Positions 1-13,599 are shown, counted from the stretch's first letter. The stretch: 64,000 nt of DNA from Octopus bimaculoides (GCF_001194135.2 NC_069002.1:2682642-2746641); one strand, 5' to 3'. Translations and numbers: made by a program. The notes: a model not told the origin generated them from the sequence alone.

Positions 1-335
1 CTCTCTCTCTCTCTCTCTCTCTCGCTTACATACGCATAAATGATATCGTGTGCACAGTCGCACATATACGTTGTTTGTGTCTGTAGATGCAGCGTCCATT
101 CCCTTCACAGAAAACATCTTAATTCGCCCAAAGGAAGACGTTCTCATTGAAATATTCTTTCGCTAATTATGATTTCATTGAATGTATGGCAACGTGTGTA
201 TGTGTACGTAAGTGTGTGTTTTTTGCGTGTGTATGCCTGTCTGGAACGACTCTATTTAAGTTCACGTTTGATTTCATGTCCTGTACGAAATAATTAAAGG
301 CATGGAATGGTTGATGAGTTTTGGTGAAGGCAACC

Positions 336-374
<39 letters not shown>

Positions 375-379
<5 letters not shown>

Positions 380-500
380 GGCGAATGAATTATGGAAGAT
401 GGAACATACGAGAATTTATTATCAATCACGACAATTGATTTTGGCACATCTAGCATCAACTCCTCATGAGTGAGATATTCAAAAACTGGTTCAGGACGCC
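375..500 (-). mobile_element. Penelope-like terminal repeat, family B, copy 1 (degenerate hammerhead-like core)
   Basis: Inverted homology to 56790-56915 (GAGGAGTYGATGCTAGATGTGYC..AA.CAATTGTYGTGATT..TAATA.ATTCTCGTAT.TTCCATCTTC); Penelope assignment is inferred. Confidence 0.5.
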
Positions 501-611
501 ATAATAAGTGTGGAAATCTGAGAAGGGAATGTGCTTAGTAAAATTATAATTAACTGATTCTCCGGTATTCGTTTTTACCCAACACCAGGGAATTTCTTTG
601 CCTAACCCATC

Positions 612-780
612 TGCCTTGTATACTCATCAATTGTTATGCCAACAGCCATCAACAACTGGGGAAGCTGGAAGAAGGCATCCAAGATCTGTCAATTACTGGA
701 CGTGTTCCGTCGATGTTGCCTGCGTTCAAACCCGACCATCACGTACATGGACTACGGTACAGCGGTAAAAGTCGGTCAGC
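612..780 (+). mobile_element. RTE-type LINE remnant (RT C-terminal region)
   Basis: Translates CLVYSSIVMPTAINNWGSWKKASKICQLLDVFRRCCLRSNPTITYMD, resembling the RTE motif LY...V.PT..Y..ETW......LDVFH.RCLR.I..I.W.D. Confidence 0.7.
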
Positions 781-966
781 GCGATGTCAGGTAAAAGGCG
801 AGCAATCGGTGGGATGTTTTGAGAAATGCCAGCTGGCTGAAAACATGGGAGGATATTAGCTAAGATGTATATGTGTGTATATATGTGCGTGTGTATTTAT
901 CTTTCTCTATATAATCTGTGTTTGTGTATGTGTACGCGTTTGTGTATTGTGTGTGTGTATTCATGC

Positions 967-1000
<34 letters not shown>

Positions 1001-1799
1001 TGCATATGTAAAAGAGTTTTTGTCTACCTTTATTGTCTTTTATTAATGAGATATTGTCTTAACGCCATTCGCTTGTTCTATGCTGTGCAGGTGGAATTGC
1101 AGTTAATTGTTTCAATATATCCATTGTGTTAGAGACGAATACGCATGTACTATAAACATATATCTATGGAATTTCTGAATAATTGATGCTGTATAATAGA
1201 ATATTTTATAAGAAGCAAACAAAATTGAACTGATCAGTACAAATACAATGAAACACATTGCAAAGAAGAGAATGAATGTTTTGGCAAATTTTAAATTCGT
1301 AAAGTTATATTGGTACATAGAACTGAAAAGACAGAATGCTGAAAAAAAAAAGATTTTGTTTTTCTTTCAAGTTAGTTATTCAGAGATAATGAGAATGGTG
1401 TTAGAGGAAGTGAACATGTTTTTCATTCGTCGAAACGGTGGTGTGAATAATGACGGAATGGAAGTGGGCCAGCATGTGTGGTTTCTGGCACAGAAGAGTG
1501 TGTTGAACGATGATCTAATGTTAGCCAGGCGTTGAATGAATTATGGCTGTCAGAGTAGAAGGAATGAGAATAGGCATGCATGTAGTTGCGTATATATGAG
1601 AGAGGGAGAAGAGTGGGTGGAGAGTATGGTTGTATGAGTGAGGATGATGTTGATTTTAATACGTAAACACGAGTGTGTGTGAGTGAGTAGAAATCTGAGT
1701 GTATTTAACTAATCAAGAACGTTGTAAACAAGATATCGTGTATGTGTGTTTATGTATAAGTGCCGATGCCATCTTCAAGCTAGAAGAAAACCAATCAAT

Positions 1800-2660
1800 T
1801 TTTGACGCCTTTAGGTGAGCCTGCTTCCAAAGGAATATTCGCCTTTATTAATAGAGTTGTCAGATAGAAGTAATACCAGCGTATTGTAATGATCACAAGC
1901 ATTAAAATGAAGGTATGAATGACCTGGATATTAATGACCGAATGGACAATGAGTTTAGGTCATCTTTTGCTAATTTGCCGGAGTCCGTTATAATGCGCTG
2001 AATAAATCTAGGCCTCAAGCGTTTTCTATAACTTATTAGATATTCTATAACTTATTGGTCGTGGCACTTAATTGCAGATTTTCGGAAAGCAAGAGAGATG
2101 GTCTACGACTAGCAATGTACATCTGGGCCCAAGAGGTATGGTAATATTCTGGACGAAGGGAGAAAAGGGATAGCAGCGAAATACGTGACGGGTAACCGAT
2201 AACGAACCTTGTTATGTTTTGTTAGTGGGGGACGAAACGGAACGAAGTCCGTATAAGATGATCCAGCGTTTAAAAGAATAACAGGTTTAAGAAATATGTG
2301 CTAAGTAGAAAGGTTGGATTAGAAAGCATAGATGATGAAGATGTAGTTGATGTAGCTGTAGTTGATATGGCTGTTGATAGATGAAGAAGGTTAGAATTTT
2401 CGCTTTTGGTTTGCATAAAAGTGTGGTAGAAAGATGAAGACATTTTACAAGGAAAACAATATTAGGTAAGGAGTTCTATATAACAATAAAATTATACGGT
2501 ACCTCCAGCAGGTACCTCCACCTCAGTTCGAGTTCAGGTGGAATATTTTTCAGTACTGGTCTTGTGCGTTACATTTTTCTGAGGTTAGAAATATCAGGGG
2601 CATGGTCAACATTTTAACGAAGTTGAAACCTTGACACCAATTTTTCAGCAAAGATTATCG
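1800..2660 (-). mobile_element. Heavily decayed Penelope-like element (region around the GIY-YIG domain)
   Basis: Frameshifted fragments such as Y*KIFHLNS, SLPNIVFLV and KRW resemble the Penelope C-terminal pattern YRKIF.RNT..SYSCLPNI...FK.RW; weak. Confidence 0.4.
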
Positions 2661-2734
2661 GCCGTTGATCTATTAACTAAACAGATGAGCATCCTAGAAA
2701 AATCGACTGTACATGATTCACTTTCTTCGCTAAA

Positions 2735-2900
2735 TTTATTAACGACGACTATTGATAATTTACGTATTTTCCAATCATGAAGATTTTCACTTATTAAACA
2801 CATTAATGTTTATTAATGTTTATTTTTCTTCATAACTTTATTAGATCTGTTGACTTGTTATGTTAATTGCCTATGAGAGACGTTACCGTATATGTGCCTA
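2735..2900 (+). repeat. Dispersed repeat, copy 1 (possibly a Penelope-like 3' end)
   Basis: Shares CTATTGAT..TTTACGTATTTTCC...GAAG.TTTT...TTATTAAACACATTAA.GTTT...GTTAATTGC with 4385-4535. Confidence 0.6.
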
Positions 2901-3048
2901 CGAATTAATGTCCACTATATATACATATATATATATATATATAAATATACACACACATATACACATTCATAAATACATACATACACACACATATATACAT
3001 ACACTCATTTGTGTGTGAAGAACTCTTTTGATGATGCTGGTGATGATA

Positions 3049-3062
3049 ATAATAATAATAAT

Positions 3063-3158
<96 letters not shown>
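3049..3158 (+). repeat. Compound (AAT)n(AAC)n(AAT)n microsatellite
   Basis: Directly visible. Confidence 0.95.
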
Positions 3159-3160
<2 letters not shown>

Positions 3161-3177
3161 TATAGATCTAATTTAAA

Positions 3178-3660
3178 TTGGGATGTAGGTGTGACACTTT
3201 ACTACGCAGGAGTTTTGGAATGGATATACGAAGAGCTTGTCAAAATGGATAGAAAGATTGGGAAAGTAATGGCTATGTAAAGCTGCTTTCATATTAGAAG
3301 TAGTGTAGCGAGGCTCTTCTTACAAAGAAAGAAATGTGGAAGAAGACTAGATGGAATAGTGGCGGTAGTGTTGTGATGGAGTTCAAACTGTTGCACGCCG
3401 ATTTGCAGGCTATACTGTGTGAGAGGATAATCAGTTAGAATATTGAAACCGTGCTGAAGTACAATTTGAGAATATCAGTTTCATTTCAGCTGATGCTAAA
3501 TCAAAATAGCTGAATTTAGATTTTAAAAAAATACCGAGGTAAACAAAAAGAAGACAAGAAAAGACAAAGACCATAGGCCAGACATCATTTTCTTGGAGAA
3601 TCAATCATGTTTCATTAATTTGCCGACACGTACATACCCAAAACCAACAACATTAAAAGT
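3178..3660 (+). mobile_element. R4/Dong-type LINE remnant (RT end plus endonuclease fragment)
   Basis: YYAGVLEWIYEELVKMDRKIGKVMAM*SCFHIRSSVARLFLQRKKCGRRL, then HRPDIIFLE (RPD motif of the restriction-like endonuclease). Confidence 0.75.
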
Positions 3661-4384
3661 GAGAATCGGATGTGAGCAGGTGAATGGAATAACACCTGAA
3701 ACTCAGATAGAGACTATGTGTGAAATGAGCTGAGCACAAGCAAAGTAATTAGGGAATGTTAAGTGTATAAATAGAACCAGGAATTAATAGGATAATATAA
3801 GGTGGGAGAGATGTATAAATCACGGCCTCCTCAGTTTTTAATCAGGGTTTCATTCAATCTAGAATGATTTTGAGCTACGAAAAGAGAACAATGGCATACA
3901 TATTGACCAGGAAATATCCTGAGGATTTATTTACTGAAATAACAACCAACTTTAATCTCAGTAATGTCTAAGAGATTTAAATTCATAATGATACGCAGCT
4001 GGAAACATTATCCTGAACGATTTGTTTAATTAGGGCTCGACAGGAGATAAAAAAAAACAGAAACAAGGAAGAGAAAAGAAACGTAAACGAAAGCGTAATC
4101 ATATAAATAATTAAACCGGAAAAGAATTGTTGTACATGCTTAGCTGGAATGCTTTTCAACATTAGCCTAAAGAGTAAAGCTCCGTCTCTGGGGTTGATTG
4201 AGAAACAACAGAAAAGATAACATATCTTGCGAAGTTAATTGAAACATTGGCATGTACTTGCCTTGGTTAAAGATCTTGCCGGAGAATTCTTTGCTACAGG
4301 TTAGCGGGCATTAATCTATTAACTGTGCAGGTCAGCACCCTAGAGATTCAACTGAACGTGACCCTCTCTCCTCACTCATTATAT

Positions 4385-4535
4385 TGATGACAGCTATTGA
4401 TCGTTTACGTATTTTCCTATAACGAAGTTTTTGATTTCTTATTAAACACATTAACGTTTGTTTATCTTTATATTTTATTTGATCTCTATACTTGCTCTGT
4501 TAATTGCATCTGACAGATGATGCGGTATAAATGTG
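4385..4535 (+). repeat. Dispersed repeat, copy 2
   Basis: Homologous to 2735-2900. Confidence 0.6.
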
Positions 4536-4584
4536 TGTAAATGTATGCTCATATAAGTATTAATACCTACCTCTATGTATGCCA

Positions 4585-4657
<73 letters not shown>

Positions 4658-6524
4658 CATGCGTGGATGTACGATTTTAAACCACAGTAGTTGTGTGTTT
4701 CCTATTCTTCTTAGCTATATTACTGCTTATAAAATAATACAGGCTAAATGACGAGAAACTGTAATAAATACTATTCTATATGATATATAGAATAAGTACT
4801 AGGCTTACAAATTATAAGTACTGGGGTCGATTTAGCCAATATATATATATACACACACATATATACATGCTTATATAGATAATTAATTACGTTATGTCGT
4901 ATCCCTTGTGATACTATTAATTTGGAATTATTCTCTGCACTTGCCTAACACGTTATTCTCAACCTTATATATAAATATTGACCTCTTGCAAGGAATTATC
5001 AGTATACCTAATCGAAATCATGAAATATGTTGCACAGAGAGACAGAAATAGAATGAGAAGAGAGCATTAGTTATAGCCGACTGTCTTCAAAGATGTAGCC
5101 TCCTCCCCAGTTTACATTCAACAAGGCATTGTTTATCACAAGGCTATGCTATAAGCTATATTCGCAGGGTACCGCAAGACAATAGCCACGTATAATACAT
5201 ATATTTTAATGTTTCGTCTTGTTTATGATCGTCTGTATTTTCACTAAGCTACCACGTGAATTGTCTCATCAATACTTCTATACTCTTGATGTTGATAATA
5301 TTAAAACATTTATGTAAACAATCTACCCATAATTGAGGTATATATTTTCATCTTTCATTTTATTTTATATTGTGTTACTTTACATCTACGATAGTGTAAA
5401 TAGACTGGAGTCTATTGTTAAGTATCTCCACATGAAAAGAGTGATGATAAGATTACGGCTTTTTTTCTTTCAACACGTTCCGTGTCTTTAAATATAATTA
5501 GTTATAAGTCGAATATATTGCGAAATGAAATATAATAGTAATCATCTTAGATAAACCAACATCATTAACATTAACATCATGATCATCACCATCAACATCA
5601 TGACCACCATTATGATCGTCATCTTCGTCGTCGTGGTTGCAATAGTAATAATAATAATAGCAATAATAATAATGATAATAATAATATCAATATTAATAAT
5701 GATAATAATAATAATGATAATAATAACTATTATAATTATTATTATTATCTTCTGCTAAGTCAGATAGCATACTCTGTCATCTCTCACTTTTAATATCATT
5801 TGCTTCCGAGAGATTCGCGTGCATGTATGTATGTATGTATGTATGTATATATATATATATNNNNNNNNNNNNNNNNNNNNNNNNNNNNNNNNNNNNNNNN
5901 NNNNNNNNNNNNNNNNNNNNNNNNNNNNNNNNNNNNNNNNNNNNNNNNNNNNNNNNNNNNNNNNNNNNNNNNNNNNNNNNNNNNNNNNNNNNNNNNNNNN
6001 NNNNNNNNNNNNNNNNNNNNNNNNNNNNNNNNNNNNNNNNNNNNNNNNNNNNNNNNNNNNNNNNNNNNNNNNNNNNNNNNNNNNNNNNNNNNNNNNNNNN
6101 NNNNNNNNNNNNNNNNNTATATATATATATATATTCTAACTAGCTATAATTCCATTTATTCTGACATTAGTAAGTATTCACCGATAACAAACATTTCTAT
6201 TGAAGATGTCAAACAGCGAAAGGTTAACAATAGACACCTTTCTTAGTTGTAACCTACAGTTTAAAAACCATTTTCTTCTTTATACTTTACTTCCTCCGTA
6301 CTTTCTGATACTCTTTATATGTTTCTAATTTCCCTTTGGTCTTGTATTTTTTTTCTCATTTGTCTATTCATTATTCCAATCCAAACAATTTCACCTTTAC
6401 CAATTAATTGTTTCAGGATCGAGAGTTACCAAACAACGACTAGGGTCGATATAATCGAAAGATCTATTTTTCCAAACATCTCATGTATTTGTAATAGAAA
6501 TGGAAACGTTACGCAAAAATTTCT

Positions 6525-6695
6525 TTAGCGCTGTTTGTTGCGACCACTTACCTTCTAAGTTCAAATCCCAGCAGGTTTCTCTCAGTGACTCACCACTCCG
6601 TTCCGATAAAATAAACTGACAATACACTCCTGGGGTCAGTTTAATCCACTGACCTTTCCACTAAAACTGCTGGACTTGTGGCAAAATATCTTTTT
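6525..6695 (+). mobile_element. Decayed tRNA-derived SINE (family 3)
   Basis: AAGTTCAAATCCC B-box-like motif, CGATAAAATAA and CTGGGGTC central motifs, as in 40119-40335. Confidence 0.6.
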
Positions 6696-6759
6696 TTATT
6701 TTGTTGTAACACCTAGAGTCTTGCATGCGTAGTGCGTTTTCTGCCTACTGTATCATGCT

Positions 6760-7200
6760 ATCTGTTCTTTTCCAATATTTCGTCAATATCCGTCAATATC
6801 CACAAATTTCCATGGTAGTGCTATTCTTTACTCTTTCATCCCACTCCAACTTACATATTTGCCCAAGTTAGTTCAAATGAAAGGTGTTCAGCTGTCGGAT
6901 ATGCACTGGATAAGACGTCCAGTTCTCTGCTCCACATAAAAAAAAGTCGTTGGAACAGCTGTCTTACACACATCCCTTTTTTTTTTACCGAACAGAGATA
7001 TCACGGGCATTTCTAAGTCGACTCTTAATCTTTCCAAAAGCTATCCTGGCTTTTTCAATGCGTGCTTCATCGTCCCTATCGAGTTTAGCATCGCCTATCA
7101 CTGTGGAATCTGTATACGGGAAAAGCATCACCGCTTTTCAGAGATTTGCCTTCGCCAAATACGCTGGTGGGCAAGTTTCTCGATTGTTACCAGGACGTGG
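6760..7200 (-). mobile_element. RTE-type LINE remnant (RT domain end)
   Basis: KAVMLFPYTDSTVIGDAKLDRDDEARIEKARIAFGKIKSRLRN resembles RTE F.YLGS.....D.E...RI.KA..AFG.L. Confidence 0.75.
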
Positions 7201-7225
7201 CTGATATATATATTAAAAATAATAA

Positions 7226-7441
7226 ATGCGCCCTTTTAAAGCCTAGCCAGGATCATGTGTTCCCACCTGGACGGGACGCCAGTCCATCGCAGCGTTACTC
7301 ATTTTTGCCAGCTGAGTGGACTGGAGTAACGTGAAATGAAGTGTTTTGCTCAAGAACACTACGCGTCGCCCGGTCCAGGAATCGAAACCACAATCTTACA
7401 ATCATGATGCTGACACCCTAACCACCAAGCCACGCGCCTCC
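7226..7441 (-). mobile_element. tRNA-derived SINE (family 1a)
   Basis: A-box TGGCTTGGTGG and B-box GTTTCGATTCC, then GTGTTCTTGAGCAAAACACTT..CAGTCCACTCAGCTGGCAAAAATGAGTA and CTGCGATGGACTGGCGTCCCGTCCAGG. Confidence 0.85.
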
Positions 7442-8216
7442 ATGGCTGATATATATACAAACATATATTTACGCATATATGTACGTGTTTGTTTGTGTGT
7501 GCGTGCGTGGGAGTGTCTCTGTGTGTGTTTGTGTGTGTGTCTGCGTGTGTGCATACAATTTATTTCAGCTAGATATCTAATTAATATTTGGGTTGTTTCA
7601 TTTGTTATTTTGTTGTCTCGATGTTTATTTTCCCATAAACATTTCCTGTATTACCCGTCAACATAGTGTTTCTATTTTATTCTCAATTTAAAACTCGATA
7701 TTGAATTATATAAAATAACTAAAGACCACTTATACAGTCAGAGGAAAAATACAATGTACTTATAAATTGCATCTCAACCACATCTATTGCGTACACAAAC
7801 AGAAATGCGTAAAACAATTTAAAAACAATATCAAAATTCTTAAATAGAAAACTTATTGACAAGATAATATTTGGAAATACATCATGCATGGCCGGAAATA
7901 AGGAAACAAAAAGCAAATTGTCTCGAATAATTAGTTTAGCAATATTATTTGTATGTTGGAATTTACGTTTTTGATTAACTGAAATTGCCTCTTTAAACAA
8001 ATAATTTTGTTTCCAAAACAGAATGGGAAACAAAAAACCGTTTTCGTCTTTTGCAAAAGATTGTGGAATCTAAATGGGAAATTTAATGTATTTTTTATAA
8101 CTGTGTTTCTGACGCGTCGTCCTTTTCGGACATTATGGAATATTAGAGTGATTGTCAATAAGTGTATGTGTGCGAGGGTATACTACATTTATTTCTGAAA
8201 GTGTGTATGCGCGTGC

Positions 8217-8260
<44 letters not shown>

Positions 8261-8299
8261 GTGTGTGTGTAAACATGCGTGAGTCTTTGTGTATACATT

Positions 8300-8430
8300 A
8301 TTTACATTATTTACATTTGACGGATATTCGTCCTCATCTTGTTTGCTGTTAACACAACGTTTCGGCTGATATACCCTCCAGCCTTCGTCAGGTGTCTTGG
8401 GAAAATTTCGAACCTGGGTTCTCATTCCTA
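8300..8430 (-). mobile_element. Penelope-like terminal repeat, family A, copy 1
   Basis: About 130 bp homologous (inverted) to 33400-33540; contains a hammerhead-like core. Confidence 0.7.
8351..8396 (-). ncRNA. Minimal type I hammerhead-ribozyme-like motif
   Basis: GACAC CTGACGA A GGCTG gagggtatat CAGCC GAAAC GTT GTGTT: stem I GACAC/GTGTT, CUGANGA core, 5-bp stem II, GAAA, palindromic ACGU stem III. Confidence 0.6.
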
Positions 8431-8497
8431 TCGATGTTACAGACACAGAAAGTGATATATATATATATATACTTGTATGTATAACGTATATATACCT

Positions 8498-8531
<34 letters not shown>

Positions 8532-9030
8532 CTACACGCACACACACGCAGATATGTATGTGAGTGTGTATGTGTGAGTGTGTGTGTCTATGTGTGTATG
8601 TTGTATGTATGTGTGCATGTGTGTGTTGAGAGAAACACACGAAATGCCTTAGGCTTGGCGAATACTTACAGCGTTCGTCATGAGATTGCACATTAAAAGA
8701 TACGATGTTGTCAGAGTGATACTTTGTACATATGTGGTCTATAAATTCTTTATTTACATTCAATCCTTGCGAACGAAATTCGGCTGAACAAAAGTATGTC
8801 GACCTTCGTTATATAAGACGTTTTCTAACCATAAAAAGCAAATGATGTCCACACCCTCCCACCCTCCTTCCCTGCCGCCGATACTGACGAAGGAAAATGA
8901 CACTCTAGAGTACTTTGTCATTTTAGATACTCATTCAATAAAACAGTGGTTTAGTTTATTTAATGAAATACCCCAAGTGCTCAATGTAGAAAAAGAGATA
9001 ATCCAATCCATGTATATGTATGTGCATGCC

Positions 9031-9066
<36 letters not shown>

Positions 9067-10439
9067 NNNNNNNNNNNNNNNNNNNNNNNNNNNNNNNNNN
9101 NNNNNNNNNNNNNNNNNNNNNNNNNNNNNNNNNNNNNNNNNNNNNNNNNNNNNNNNNNNNNNNNNNNNNNNNNNNNNNNNNNNNNNNNNNNNNNNNNNNN
9201 NNNNNNNNNNNNNNNNNNNNNNNNNNNNNNNNNNNNNNNNNNNNNNNNNNNNNNNNNNNNNNNNNNNNNNNNNNNNNNNNNNNNNNNNNNNNNNNNNNNN
9301 NNNNNNNNNNNNNNNNNNNNNNNNNNNNNNNNNNNNNNNNNNNNNNNNNNNNNNNNNNNNNNNNNNNNNNNNNNNNNNNNNNNNNNNNNNNNNNNNNNNN
9401 NNNNNNNNNNNNNNNNNNNNNNNNNNNNNNNNNNNNNNNNNNNNNNNNNNNNNNNNNNNNNNNNNNNNNNNNNNNNNNNNNNNNNNNNNNNNNNNNNNNN
9501 NNNNNNNNNNNNNNNNNNNNNNNNNNNNNNNNNNNNNNNNNNNNNNNNNNNNNNNNNNNNNNNNNNNNNNNNNNNNNNNNNNNNNNNNNNNNNNNNNNNN
9601 NNNNNNNNNNNNNNNNNNNNNNNNNNNNNNNNNNNNNNNNNNNNNNNNNNNNNNNNNNNNNNNNNNNNNNNNNNNNNNNNNNNNNNNNNNNNNNNNNNNN
9701 NNNNNNNNNNNNNNNNNNNNNNNNNNNNNNNNNNNNNNNNNNNNNNNNNNNNNNNNNNNNNTATATATATACGTACACATATATATGTGTGTATGCGTAT
9801 ATGAATATATATATATATATATATATGCATATATATATCAAAGGTGTATATATATACATTGTATACGTCTTTGATAATTCACACACAAACACACACAGAC
9901 ATATATACTCGTACGCACACATGCATAGGCTTATACATCAGTCTGTTTGTCTGTCTGTGTGTATATAGTTTTGCATGTATCAATATATGCATGTGTGCAT
10001 GTACGTATGTATGTATGTATGCATGCATGTATGTATATATATATATTTGTTTAAATGCAGACTGCCATGAATGACGTTCGTGTTACTGATCAATATTCGT
10101 GATTCACAAAATCTGAACGTAACTTTTAATAATGATTCATTTGGTTATAACATGACACGTAAGTGATATTGCTTGAAGCTTATTCTAATTTTTGTATCTT
10201 GTAGTAGTCATGTGGTGACACTCGTGGGGTGCATTGATCTACGAAACTTAGAGAAAAATACAGCTGGAACTGAAATAAGGTGTTTCTTCACACGTCAGCA
10301 TTCACGTTCATATTCGTTATCCTTGACCAGCAAACGCGTTTGTGTTGGTGAGGAATAATCCGCCACCACCAGAGCTTCATCCAGAAAGTCGCCGTGATAG
10401 TCATTTTTAGAATTAACTTCATCTTCGCCATTATCATCA

Positions 10440-10760
10440 TCATCATCATCATTATCATCATCAGGAGCATTCATGCCAATTAGCTTACTTCTGTTGAATA
10501 TCAGTCTGTCTTTGCTAATTTTCTTCTGCATTTCCGTGTTTTGTATTAAATCATTTGGTAATCTTAAATATGATTATGAGTGGATCTAACTGGTTCTCTG
10601 ATTTCTTCCCTTATTCAAATTTATTGTCCCCATGTTTAGCTATTTTGCCTCATAGTAGCTTTGAGATTGTTTCTAAGTCCCATACTCGTTTCATTTGTTC
10701 ACTGATATTTAATTTTTCCAACTGGGTATTCTCCCTTGCGAATATTTTAATCAGCCGCAC
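10440..10760 (-). mobile_element. Possible LINE 3' end remnant with (GAT)n tail
   Basis: Stop-ridden frames ending ...QKKISKDRLIFNRSKLI run into a (GAT)n array, loosely like LINE RT C-termini. Confidence 0.3.
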
Positions 10761-13599
10761 AACGGAGATGTTTTATGACTTATCCTTGAATTCATAATCG
10801 TTGTCGGTTCCCAATGGGTTTTGGGATGGGCAGAAGAATGAAAAAGATTAAATGACTCACAGAAACCTTTCCTAATGGGAATTGGACTGATTTGAAGTAT
10901 TTATCTCCCTACAGAGTCATGCTTGTTTTCCATTTTGCCATTAAAACGTCACTATGCTTAATGATTTTTAGAGCTATTTTATTTACGTGTAGCTTCTTCA
11001 GAATCAGAAATATAAGAAATACATCATGTATTTTAGGTAATCTCTCGAAGTCAAGCTAATGCNNNNNNNNNNNNNNNNNNNNNNNNNNNNNNNNNNNNNN
11101 NNNNNNNNNNNNNNNNNNNNNNNNNNNNNNNNNNNNNNNNNNNNNNNNNNNNNNNNNNNNNNNNNNNNNNNNNNNNNNNNNNNNNNNNNNNNNNNNNNNN
11201 NNNNNNNNNNNNNNNNNNNNNNNNNNNNNNNNNNNNNNNNNNNNNNNNNNNNNNNNNNNNNNNNNNNNNNNNNNNNNNNNNNNNNNNNNNNNNNNNNNNN
11301 NNNNNNNNNNNNNNNNNNNNNNNNNNNNNNNNNNNNNNNNNNNNNNNNNNNNNNNNNNNNNNNNNNNNNNNNNNNNNNNNNNNNNNNNNNNNNNNNNNNN
11401 NNNNNNNNNNNNNNNNNNNNNNNNNNNNNNNNNNNNNNNNNNNNNNNNNNNNNNNNNNNNNNNNNNNNNNNNCAATGGATGAATTAGCATTCATAATTCC
11501 GATATTGACAGCAACAGCATCGACAACGAGAAAACCATCACCACCACCACCACCACCACCACCACCACCAACTCCACCACCGACTTTACAACATAAACAA
11601 CAATTGTCTTCCTCTGCATCAATAGCTCTCAAGCCATAATCACAATTTGTTTTAAAAACAAGGATGTATTTGAAAATGTAACTGATAAACAAAGCGAAAT
11701 GAATGATATGGCTAGATCGCATTAGGTAGGTTTCCTGGATCAGCATCCATCTGCAAATAAACCAAATCAGCAATAACAACAACGACAACATCAACAACGT
11801 CAATAACAACAAAGACGACAACAACAACAACAAAATCAACAATAACATTCATTTGAGTAATTAACTGATTGTCCGACTCATACAGGAACAGTTGTGTCGC
11901 TTCACGAAAGGCTACAAAAACCTATGACAGCCAAAAATATCCCTTACTACGATCTGCTTAAAGGGAAAATGTAGAGTCCAGTTTAGAGAGGGACATGGTA
12001 AACATGAGTGGAATATTTCCTAATAGCTCTCTCAACCAGAGATTAGAAAAGGTTAAACCAAAATGACGAGATGTATGACAACAGTTGCCAAACTTATGCT
12101 CTCAGTTATCTTCTAAACATCAAACAGTTGAACCAAATGAAGTAGGATAATAGTAAGTTTTAACTTTCTACTGTAATCCTGACACTGCGGGTTCCTCTAA
12201 GAGCCCTCAGCTGGCTGCCCTTCAATCGAGATGTTACATTTAATTTACTTGTTTCTATTCATTCCTCCTTACTTCTTCTACTTAGCATCATTTAAGTCAT
12301 TCTTTTACGACAGTTTACGTTTCCTTTTGTGTTATGTTAAAAACCTGCAGAGGTTGACTTGACCTTTATCTTTCCCACTGGTGGATACAAGAACTGCTAA
12401 GCTACAGTTGACTTCAAATGTTCACTTCTCGATTAAGTTTGTGTCCTACTATCTGTGTTAGCAATCATTTATTTTTCTTATTAGTATTAAAGCTATTTTT
12501 ATTTATTTACTTATTTATCCATTTCTTTATTTCTAGTTGGTGTTTTTCTACTACCAAACGGTTCAGACAAGAAATAGTTTAGTTTGCTCTCAAATGACAT
12601 AAGAATTTGACATATCATACAAACTGCCAATCAAATGCCGAAGCATGGCACAGCTTAAAAGGGTCTTTAGAGATGCAGATCTCTCCAGTTAACCTGTCAG
12701 ATGACACTAAATAAACGGTTTAAGGTAAAATAAATAAATAAACAAATAAACAGACAAGTAGTGGAAAGGAAAGAAACTGAATGGCATTCGTGGTTGACGC
12801 ATACACATACACACACACACACACATATACATACAAACATATGTATTATGCATACACACACACACGCACATACATACACGCACAAACATGGGCACACACG
12901 CATAGATATATAGGCAAATCAAAAATAAATAAAAACCATGATAAATAACAAAAGTCAAATGGACGTATACTGTGAATGTATTAGACCGATGCTCGGAGAA
13001 AGTTTTAGGTGGAGAAAAAGAGAGCGTGTGACGCTTCAAGCAGGGATCTTCGTCAAAAAGAGGAAAAAGACAAGACAAGGAAAAGCATAGTCCGAGAAAA
13101 GCACGTGTGTTGTTACATGACTGAAAAATAATTGGCCGGAAGGGGAGAGAGAAAGGAAATGTGGTTTCTGAAGGGAGGAGAGTGCAAATATGGCCAGTGT
13201 GTATAGGTATATGTGGTAGCATCTGTGTGCGTGTGTTTTTGTTTATATATGAGTGATGAGTGTGGGAGGGTGTCAAGGAAACGGGTTAGTTGTAGTAGTA
13301 ATAATATGTAGTATTGGACGGATGTGTGGTTGAGAGGCGAGGTGACGTTACGGCATAGATGTTACTGCTCTCATACGTATGCATATGCGTGTATGTGAGC
13401 GGTAGATATGTATGTAGTCTGTGGAGGGTGTCAAATCCAAACAGTGTTTGAGTTTCTAGTGTGAAAACGTACTGTTCGTGGCGAAGTCTAGTGGTGGTAG
13501 TTCCATGGGGTAAGGCCAGAACGAAGAGAGTAAGGCGCTTGGTAAAGTGGAAAGTTGAACATACGTGAGGCGTCACGGAAGGACTGTTTAGAGATGGAT

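Noticed and set aside
10295-10531. Acidic ORF (PDDDNDDDDDDNGEDE)
   Set aside because: The acidic run is a (GAT)n microsatellite and the neighbouring frames are stop-ridden
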